The position numbers and the translations under genes are program-made. A stretch of 63,885 bases of DNA, filler included, from Octopus bimaculoides (Eukaryota): assembly GCF_001194135.2 (NCBI RefSeq). It is 6 parts of 5 records of this genome, joined end to end, with 100 filler letters (N's around TTAATTAATTAA, not from the genome) between each part and the next. Parts side by side here need not be neighbours in the genome. Positions count along the whole stretch, not along the records: positions 53,856 to 56,116 come from NC_068999.1; positions 56,217 to 57,736 come from NC_068997.1; positions 57,837 to 63,885 come from NC_068996.1; 3 more parts are not named here. One strand, given 5' to 3'. The notes below the pieces were generated by a model. It did no database searches and had not been told where the DNA came from. It saw only the letters and a list, made by a program, of their open reading frames with translations. Shown piece by piece: positions 54,126 to 63,885 of the stretch; the first letter of the stretch is position 1, and each line of letters begins with the position of its first letter.

Positions 54126-55657
54126 ACACACACACATATAAATAGATATATATGTGTATGTATGTGTGTGTATGCATGTACGTGTCTGTCGGTGTATGTA
54201 TATATCTATGTAAGTATGTGTGTGTATGTATATGTGTGTGTGTCTTCATGTATGTATGGGTGTAAGTATGTATGTATATATATAATGCATATGTGTATGT
54301 AAGTGTGTGTATGTATGTATTTTCGTCTACAAAACCCACTCACATGTCTTTGGTCAGCCCGACGCTGTAGCAGAAGAAACTTGCCCAAGGTGTCACGCAA
54401 TGTGAGTGAACCCGGAACCATGTGGTTTTTAAGCACGCTGCATACCACACAGCCACTCCCGCGCTTACATATATATATGTAATTTTCTGTTCCGTTGTTA
54501 GTACGGTCAACAAAAAACATACTCTATCTTGTGTTTGTCTGTATGTATAGAAAGGTCGCTGATTCTTTATGATAATTATGTCCCCACTTCTCTACTTAGC
54601 TCTTCTCCTGATCTCTACCGCTTCTAAACTATCTAGTAATTCTAACTTTCAATATCCAGTTCACCCATAATCTACAAGATTTCCATCTTGAAGTGCCTCG
54701 TTAAAGCAACAAAAAAAAAAAAAAAANNNNNNNNNNNNNNNNNNNNNNNNNNNNNNNNNNNNNNNNNNNNNNNNNNNNNNNNNNNNNNNNNNNNNNNNNN
54801 NNNNNNNNNNNNNNNNNNNNNNNNNNNNNNNNNNNNNNNNNNNNNNNNNNNNNNNNNNNNNNNNNNNNNNNNNNNNNNNNNNNNNNNNNNNNNNNNNNNN
54901 NNNNNNNNNNNNNNNNNNNNNNNNNNNNNNNNNNNNNNNNNNNNNNNNNNNNNNNNNNNNNNNNNNNNNNNNNNNNNNNNNNNNNNNNNNNNNNNNNNNN
55001 NNNNNNNNNNNNNNNNNNNNNNNNNNNNNNNNNNNNNNNNNNNNNNNNNNNNNNNNNNNNNNNNNNNNNNNNNNNNNNNNNNNNNNNNNNNNNNNNNNNN
55101 NNNNNNNNNNNNNNNNNNNNNNNNNNNNNNNNNNNNNNNNNNNNNNNNNNNNNNNNNNNNNNNNNNNNNNNNNNNNNNNNNNNNNNNNNNNNNNNNNNNN
55201 NNNNNNNNNNNNNNNNNNNNNNNNNNNNNNNNNNNNNNNNNNNNNNNNNNNNNNNNNNNNNNNNNNNNNNNNNNNNNNNNNNNNNNNNNNNNNNNNNNNN
55301 NNNNNNNNNNNNNNNNNNNNNNNNNNNNNNNNNNNNNNNNNNNNNNNNNNNNNNNNNNNNNNNNNNNNNNNNNNNNNNNNNNNNNNNNNNNNNNNNNNNN
55401 NNNNNNNNNNNNNNNNNNNNNNNNNNNNNNNNNNNNNNNNNNNNNNNNNNNNNNNNNNNNNNNNNNNNNNNNNNNNNNNNNNNNNNNNNNNNNNNNNNAT
55501 AATAACAACGATGTGTATCCATTATTTTATTTATTTTATTCAATTTTAGAAAAAACAGAAGCATGACTTCTACAATTCCAAAGCCTATTGAACTTATTTG
55601 GTGCGTGTCTTTTGTTCCATCATGTGTATACATAGACACATACACACGCACACACAC

Positions 55658-55696
<39 letters not shown>

Positions 55697-57617
55697 TGTA
55701 TGTGAGTGTCTTTGGGCCTATTTGCTTCACACCGCGAGACAACCGGTGTTGGTTTGTTTACGATACTCTAACACAGTGGTTCGTTTCGGCAGAAGAGACC
55801 TACAGAACGTCTCAGTAATACAATAATAATTGAGACATGTAAAAGAATGATAAAAGGTTTGCAGTTACCCATTGGAAAGCTTTCTATTTGTATGTTAATA
55901 TATTCATGTATTAGCATATATGTGTTAATATATTTATAAGAACTAGAAATATGTTAATATATTTATAACAATAAAAATACTTTAATATATTTATAACTAT
56001 ACACACACACATACACACACATATATGTTAATATTTTAATAATCTTCTTAAGCACACGCATTTCATGCATGTACGTGCGTGTGTATGTGTCTGTATATAT
56101 ATATATATATATATATNNNNNNNNNNNNNNNNNNNNNNNNNNNNNNNNNNNNNNNNNNNNTTAATTAATTAANNNNNNNNNNNNNNNNNNNNNNNNNNNN
56201 NNNNNNNNNNNNNNNNTACTGTAGAGCCACAGACAGAATGTGTCTCTAAGTATAAATTAATGTGTGTGTGCATTCACAAGTACACACATCCATAGATATA
56301 AGCGTCTCCTCTTTTCTGGGGGAAAAGACCGCCTCACAAAATGAAGTTAACATAAAAACTGCCTTTTTATATGATGTAAAAACAGGAAAAACAGTTTATT
56401 TATGTGGCGAGTTAGAAAAAAAACATGTAACCGATAGGGAATCATGAAGGAAAAGTAATATAGTGAATGATTCCAAGTATTTTGAAGAGAATCTCATTAA
56501 TCACGCAAAATTAAAATTCCTTCAAAAGCTTAACTTATGACCGAGTTTGGCTCCCTAAGGCCATTGCTTTAAGTCATTCAAGGTTACATGAAAGTAACTG
56601 AGCTAAAAGCAGATCATTGGCACAATTATTTAACACCTGTTACATGTTTGTACACAATGCGCAGTTATCGTGATCCTGCTTTGCATTTAACTGAGAGGAG
56701 ACGTGTTTAATGGTTGATATAAAAAGGGATTCTTGCTTGAACATATAATAATAATACTCATTGCTGAGCCGACTTTCACCACAGTATGAACAGAGTGGCC
56801 CAAAAACCACTGAGGGGTTGCAATTTTTTATAATTCTTTTATTTTTTGACATAATTTGAAGGTAGTTTACATACCCCAATATCAATTGATTTCATGGTGT
56901 CTGCATGAGAAAACATGCTTTGCAATCATCAGTTGGAGATAGTGACATCTTTTTCTAAAATATTCATTACGTCAACTCGTGTGCGTTTCTAACTTTAAAC
57001 GNNNNNNNNNNCATATAGAACCAGAGAGAGAGGGGGAGATAGTGAGAGAGATAGAGACATAGAGAAAAGACATATAGACAGAGAGAAAAAAGAGGTCCGG
57101 CAGCGACTTCAAAGGAATAAATGTAATGTATACTTATAGAAAGTTGGAATGCCCTACCACCACCACCACTAATCATTTTCGGAAAATAAATGCACAGTTA
57201 TCTGCGAAATGGTCAAATTAAGTTAAATGACACGAAAAACCTGAAATATTATCAATTTTACTTAGTATTTTCAGCGGTCAACGTACAAACAAGCAAACTT
57301 TGCTTTTTATAAGGATAGAGATATAGGCATTACGGTGAAATAGACAGTACGTGGATTGCTAGCTAAAATTAGGAGCCAATACACCACCAAGTCAGCCCGC
57401 TCCCTACAATCCGTTTCCGGAAAATAAGTGCACAGTTATCTGCGGAAGGGTCAAATTAAATTAAATGATACGACATACCTGAAATAGCAATTTTATTTAG
57501 TGTTTTCAACGGTCAACGTATAAAAAAAAATCAAACAAGCTTTGCTTCATGATAGATTGCTGATCACTACATTTATATATTTTTTCTCCTTGTTTCTCTC
57601 CTTGTTTCTTTCTGTGT

Positions 57618-57657
57618 TCTTTTCAGTTGAAGAGCATAGGCTCGAAACGTCAAAGAC
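57618..57657 (+). ncRNA. Variant hammerhead at Penelope-like terminus
   Basis: ucuuuu-CAGUUGA-a-GAGC auag GCUC-GAAA-CGU-C-AAAGA; non-canonical 5' core. Confidence 0.45.
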
Positions 57658-57839
57658 TTTCTCTATTCCCGAGCGTTAAACTAATACATCCATTTGTTGT
57701 TTACACCACCTGTCTTCGTCTGTTGTTTTTTCGTAANNNNNNNNNNNNNNNNNNNNNNNNNNNNNNNNNNNNNNNNNNNNTTAATTAATTAANNNNNNNN
57801 NNNNNNNNNNNNNNNNNNNNNNNNNNNNNNNNNNNNCTA

Positions 57840-57936
57840 TCACGTGACCTTATTAGGGGCCGTGATTGGTCAGTTTGCGTTCTGGCGGGAAAGGTTCGAA
57901 GAAGTTGCCGATTCGAATAATAATCAGTCACGTGAT
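57840..57936. promoter_or_regulatory. Promoter-like cluster: two TCACGTGA E-boxes, CCAAT box, E2F site
   Basis: tcacgtgac 57840-57848, ATTGG 57865-57869, TGGCGGGAAA (=TTTCCCGCCA) 57883-57892, gtcacgtgat 57927-57936; CpG-rich. Confidence 0.6.
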
Positions 57937-58354
57937 GACAAGGAATGGGTTCTCTACTACGCTCGCATTTATTTATATTTAAATGAGAAGATTGTATGTA
58001 ATGGCGATAGTAGTTTTGTATCTAGTGACGATAGGTAGTTTCACTACACTAGCCTCGCACCAGTCGGTTTGTCGAAGGCAAACAGACGAAATAAGGAAAA
58101 AAAAATTGTAGTGAAAAAGACTTATAGAACGGTTGGTCTATTACTGGCATTTTGTCACCATTTTTGGAAAAGTTATGTGAACTTTTCTTCACGTTTGGCT
58201 GTACAGATCAGAAGGGCTGTATGAACGAATCAACGTCAGGGGTCACCAATTGTAAGGGAAACTGTGTGAACAGGCTCGCGTTGACTGTACTAAGCTGTTG
58301 AAGTGGTTGCTGGAACTGCTGCTGCTGTCGTGTGGTACAGACAGACAGACAGAC

Positions 58355-58407
<53 letters not shown>

Positions 58408-58455
58408 TGAAAATGTATGTAAATTTATACATGTGCATGTATATATGTACGCATA

Positions 58456-58671
58456 TATACTCTTTACTCTTTTACTCTTTTACTTGTTTCAGTCATTTCA
58501 CTGTGGCCATGCTGGAGCACCGCCTTTAGTCGAGCGTATCGACCCCAGGACTTATTCTTTGTAAGCCTAGTACTTATTCTATCGCTACCTTTTGCCGAAC
58601 CGCTAAGTTACGGGGACGTAAACACACCAGCATCGGTTGTCAAGCGACGTTGGGAGGACAAACACAGACAC

Positions 58672-58750
<79 letters not shown>

Positions 58751-58880
58751 CGACGGGCTTCTTTCAGTTTCTTGTCTACCAAATCCACTCACAAGGCTTT
58801 CGTCGTCCCGAGACTATAGTAGAAGACACTTGCCCAAGGTGCCACGCAGTGGGACTGAATCTGGAACCATGTGGTTCAAA
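58456..58880 (-). mobile_element. CORE-like SINE with internal (TA)n(TG)n and (AAAGAGT)n tail
   Basis: Same architecture as 27217-27590; partial copies at about 6507, 8306, 14255, 38006, 39290, 46480, 54320. Confidence 0.85.
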
Positions 58881-58966
58881 ATATGTGTGTGTATACACAA
58901 ATATGTATGTATACAAATATATACGTGTGTACATAAATTTATGTATCTGTGTGTGGGCACTGTCTT

Positions 58967-59022
<56 letters not shown>

Positions 59023-59099
59023 AACACGTTTGTATAGACATGTATAAAATGGTACGTGTATATATGTATGTATGTATGTATGCATGTATGTGTGTGTGT

Positions 59100-59150
<51 letters not shown>

Positions 59151-60347
59151 GATGTATGTCTGTATGTATATATGTATGTGTGTATATGTGTATAAATAAA
59201 TATGTGTTGTTTTTCATAAGCGTATGACAAACAATTACGCGTTCGTGGGACAAAACTATCTTGCTAGTTATCTCCCTTCCACGCTAAAGTTTCTCCCTTA
59301 AACAAAATTCTCACAGAAGAAAGAGATAAAAAAAATCAACGCAAAAGGAACAACAAAAGAAAATATTTGTATGTTTACGTCCGAGCGTGATGCAATTCAA
59401 TTGTTGAAATCAATAAAGTAATAAATAACAAAAGTATGAAGCTAGAATACATACATGGTACACAGGTTGGAAAACATTATATGGTATTTCCTTAATCAGA
59501 TATTAACTAATTAATCTTGAAAAGACTTATTAGTTACAAAACTTCTCTTATCTATACCTCCTCTTCCAATTAGCGCCGCTGCGTAACACTGATACTTATA
59601 AGAAAATATCCGGTTATTTGAAGTTCCTAATCAAGAAGTAAATCGCTTTAGTCTGGGTATTTTCTCCTCTCCCTCTCCCTCTCATCCTCTCTCTCCTCTC
59701 TCCATTACTGTCTCTCTTTTTGTCTGTCACTTTCTGTCCCACCTTTCTCCGCCCTTCTCCCCCCTCTCTCTCTTTCTCTCTTTCTCTTACCCTCTCACTC
59801 TCACTGCATACATACATTCCAGTCACGAAAGCTTACTTGTCAAACGTCGTTGCATGCGGTACCCACATCCGTAGTAGCTTAATGTAACTATACGTCCGTG
59901 TGATTGATTACCTAACAGTGGATTTTAATTGTGAAATAAAACAGTTTCCAGCCTGGAATAAATTAATTGACTGTGCATCACAGTCTCCCTAACTTCTAAA
60001 TGACTGCGTAAAACATCGAATGTAGCACACATCATAGTTTTCTAAAAAAGATTTTAAGGGTTATTCTGTCACACAATATCTACCTTGTTGTCTACTTCCA
60101 TTCTCACCTGGAATTTTTTTTCTTCCTTCAATCTTTTGTATTTCTAGAAATCTTTTCACTGTCTTTTTATGCACATGTCTGCTTATTCTCTGAATATTTC
60201 TTTATCTCTTTATCTCTCTTTCTCTCCCTCTCTCCCTCTCCCTCTCTCTCTCTCTAACTGTATACACACACACATGCACACACGCACACACACACACACA
60301 GGCACGAACACGCACACACAGCTACGCGCACACATGCACATATACAT

Positions 60348-60386
<39 letters not shown>

Positions 60387-61422
60387 NNNNNNNNNNNNNN
60401 NNNNNNNNNNNNNNNNNNNNNNNNNNNNNNNNNNNNNNNNNNNNNNNNNNNNNNNNNNNNNNNNNNNNNNNNNNNNNNNNNNNNNNNNNNNNNNNNNNNN
60501 NNNNNNNNNNNNNNNNNNNNNNNNNNNNNNNNNNNNNNNNNNNNNNNNNNNNNNNNNNNNNNNNNNNNNNNNNNNNNNNNNNNNNNNNNNNNNNNNNNNN
60601 NNNNNNNNNNNNNNNNNNNNNNNNNNNNNNNNNNNNNNNNNNNNNNNNNNNNNNNNNNNNNNNNNNNNNNNNNNNNNNNNNNNNNNNNNNNNNNNNNNNN
60701 NNNNNNNNNNNNNNNNNNNNNNNNNNNNNNNNNNNNNNNNNNNNNNNNNNNNNNNNNNNNNNNNNNNNNNNNNNNNNNNNNNNNNNNNNNNNNNNNNNNN
60801 NNNNNNNNNNNNNNNNNNNNNNNNNNNNNNNNNNNNNNNNNNNNNNNNNNNNNNNNNNNNNNNNNNNNNNNNNNNNNNNNNNNNNNNNNNNNNNNNNNNN
60901 NNNNNNNNNNNNNNNNNNNNNNNNNNNNNNNNNNNNNNNNNNNNNNNNNNNNNNNNNNNNNNNNNNNNNNNNNNNNNNNNNNNNNNNNNNNNNNNNNNNN
61001 NNNNNNNNNNNNNNNNNNNNNNNNNNNNNNNNNNNNNNNNNNNNNNNNNNNNNNNNNNNNNNNNNNNNNNNNNNNNNNNNNNNNNNNNNNNNNNNNNNNN
61101 NNNNNNNNNNNNNNNNNNNNNNNNNNNNNNNAATAACGAAATTGCCGTCCTAGCTCCTGATGAAGCAATTGCTGGTGATCTGTTGCTACAGAGTTCTGCC
61201 AGAACTGTATCAGATTGGGCAGTAGATGTTGATGCACCATTTTGCATTATGTTCAAAGTAGCTTCTGGAATGTGGTGAATTGCTGCAGTCTGTTGCTGTC
61301 TTTTTAAACCGGTTGCTTTCTTTCCTCACCAAGCTGTCTTGTTTGGAGGCATAATCTATGTACATATTAAAGAGAACAACAAAAGTTATAACAGATAGCA
61401 GGGTCGGTAGTTTTCACATTTC

Positions 61423-61615
61423 GGTAATTTTTCAGATTAACACCCGCACGATTACGTAACCGTAACCTTAAAACCCTAACCCTGACCCTAAAACGGTAAT
61501 CGTTACACTAACCCTCATCGTAACACTAACCGTAACCCTAAAACCGTAACCCTGACCCAAAAACCATAACCTTAACACCCTAGTGAAAATCGTGCAGGTG
61601 TTATGAAAAATTACC
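61423..61615. mobile_element. Inverted-repeat element filled with degenerate CCCTAA repeats
   Basis: About 30-bp inverted ends GGTAATTTTTCA(GAT)TAACACCYGCACGATT; one end recurs at 63612-63668 with TTAGGG repeats. Confidence 0.75.
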
Positions 61616-61763
61616 CACATTTGTAATGAAGTTCACTGATTTGCAATGTGTTGTCCATAAGCTCCGTAGTTTGTACATTTACAAAACGTTAACGAACATG
61701 AGTTATCTTGTAGTGAATGCTTGTGTGTACGTGCGCGTGTATGCGTTTGAGAGAGTGAGAAAA

Positions 61764-61858
61764 GAGGGAGAGAGGAAAAGAGAGAGAGGGAGAGAGGAAA
61801 AGAGAGAGAGGGAGAGAGGAAAAGAGAGAGAGGGAGAGAGGAAAAGAGAGAGAGGGGG
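61764..61858. repeat. 22-bp purine tandem repeat
   Basis: agagagagggagagaggaaaag repeated about 4 times. Confidence 0.85.
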
Positions 61859-62208
61859 GAAAAGGAATAGAGAACGGAGCAATGAAGAAAGAGAAAGAGA
61901 GGAAAGGAGAACGGAAGACAGTTATAAAATATCAATGCGTGCGCATGTTTATATAAGAAACACACAGAAACAAAATCTTATATCTATAATGTTGATGTGT
62001 ATATGTGTTTACGTGTATGTTGTTGTCACAGATCACGTATGTGTGGTCGTGTGTGTCTTTACATTCTATGTTATGAAAAATATGTTAGAGGTAGAGGGAT
62101 AGAAGAAAGCTATTAAATGGGAGAGAGGAAGAAGAACGAAGTAAGAGTGAAAAGGTAGAAGGAAAGAATAGTCTTAAAGCAAGTTAATCTATGACTTTGT
62201 ATGTATCA

Positions 62209-62284
<76 letters not shown>

Positions 62285-62574
62285 TTTACTCTTACTCTGT
62301 ATATTATATGTTGAGCGCGTGATCGATGTGTAAGAACGCCGATACAGGTAGAAGGGAAGAAATAAAATGTTGCTAGAAACAACAGCTAAATCTCCCTTAA
62401 ATCACACAAAGTAAACGGAATTTAAAAAATTTAATTACTGCACTGGAAAGTTCACATCGAGAAAATTCCATTGATGTAAAAATTTGTACGAAAAAGTAGA
62501 AAATGTGGATTTCTATAAACTTTTAAAAAGGCTTCACACAGATACAGAACTTCAGCATTATATATTAAGATGGG

Positions 62575-62612
<38 letters not shown>

Positions 62613-63072
62613 TTTAAAAAATGACAGGTATTTGTATATATGTGTGTATTAATGTGTATTCTGTGTGTCTCTCTCTATATATATATGGTAGTAATTAAAT
62701 GTGTTTTAAGAAAGATATTCAAAAAATTCAGTTTGTAGGGAATAAATGTTTGACTGTCAATCGTATTTGGAAGAGACTGACAGGTATTTGTATGTATGTG
62801 TGTATTTGTACATATGTATGTATGAGTGTGTATTCAAAAATATCTATATTTACACTTAAAAGTTGGTTTTCACACTCAGCCCTGTTCTGCAGAATCAGTG
62901 TAGCGACGGGAGGTTCGTGCCCATCTCTACGTTCTGAGTTCAAATTCCGCCGAAGTCGACTTTGCCTTTCATCCTTTCGGGGTCTAAAAAATAAGTACCA
63001 GTTGAACACAGGGGTCGATATAATCGACTATTCTCCACCTGCCCCAAGCCGCCATTGTGGGAAAAATTGTAA

Positions 63073-63133
<61 letters not shown>

Positions 63134-63754
63134 CGTCTGCCGATCAAACTCCCAACCCACAACTAAGTATTAAGTGTATATATATATATGAGCNNNNNNN
63201 NNNNNNNNNNNNNNNNNNNNNNNNNNNNNNNNNNNNNNNNNNNNNNNNNNNNNNNNNNNNNNNNNNNNNNNNNNNNNNNNNNNNNNNNNNNNNNNNNNNN
63301 NNNNNNNNNNNNNNNNNNNNNNNNNNNNNNNNNNNNNNNNNNNNNNNNNNNNNNNNNNNNNNNNNNNNNNNNNNNNNNNNNNNNNNNNNNNNNNNNNNNN
63401 NNNNNNNNNNNNNNNNNNNNNNNNNNNNNNNNNNNNNNNNNNNNNNNNNNNNNNNNNNNNNNNNNNNNNNNNNNNNNNNNNNNNNNNNNNNNNNNNNNNN
63501 NNNNNNNNNNNNNNNNNNNNNNNNNNNNNNNNNNNNNNNNNNNNNNNNNNTCTACACACACACTAAATAAAAAAAATGTTAGTAAGTAAAAGTGTTTTAA
63601 TAAAGATTGTTAAATTTTCAGATTAATACCGGCACGATTTTCACTACAGTGTTAGGGTTAGGGTTAGGACTAAAAAGTGGAAAATGCGGATTTCTATAAA
63701 CTTTTAAAAAGGCTTCACAGATACAGAACTTCAGCATTATATATGAAGATGGGC

Positions 63755-63801
<47 letters not shown>

Positions 63802-63885
63802 TAAAAAAGAAATGACAGGTATTTGTATGTATGTGTGTATTAATGTGCATTCTGTGTGTATATATATATGGTAGTAAGTAAATGT

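Noticed and set aside
56640-56885. 81-aa minus ORF with CSYC and CALC
   Set aside because: Cys spacing matches no zinc-finger family I recognise; no start or splice support

Overview
AT-rich, gap-ridden animal genomic DNA, saturated with (TA)n/(CA)n/(TATC)n/(AAT)n microsatellites, SINEs and RTE-LINE tails typical of Octopus (species assignment is inference). One gene is well supported: INO80B/PAPA-1 on +, 9 coding exons at 45-10058 with the first exon upstream of the window. All splice phases are consistent, and it encodes a KKHKKH tract, LKxKLGG, WLDALE..ELDD..LLTARQRALL and a C-terminal HIT zinc finger. The rest is mostly mobile DNA: RTE LINE ends (three apparently identical), tRNA/CORE-type SINEs, a mariner remnant, TTAA MITEs and a Penelope-like RT/GIY-YIG remnant. 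The main unexplained signal is about ten minimal type-I hammerhead ribozyme motifs from several families. Each has a self-complementary stem III (ACGU, AUAU, ACUAGU, ACCCGGGU, ACAAUUGU) and sits in a short non-coding element or fold-back. The copy at 51308-51352 (-) looks fully intact, and a ~200-nt element family shows stem covariation (Penelope-LTR/retrozyme-like). Other signals: a telomere-repeat-filled inverted-repeat element, a probable heterozygous SINE insertion, a candidate poison exon in INO80B, two orphan promoter-like CpG regions, and a CpG-decay boundary near 34-36 kb suggesting a second, unidentified gene. Nearly all long ORFs in the supplied track are microsatellite or N-gap artefacts.
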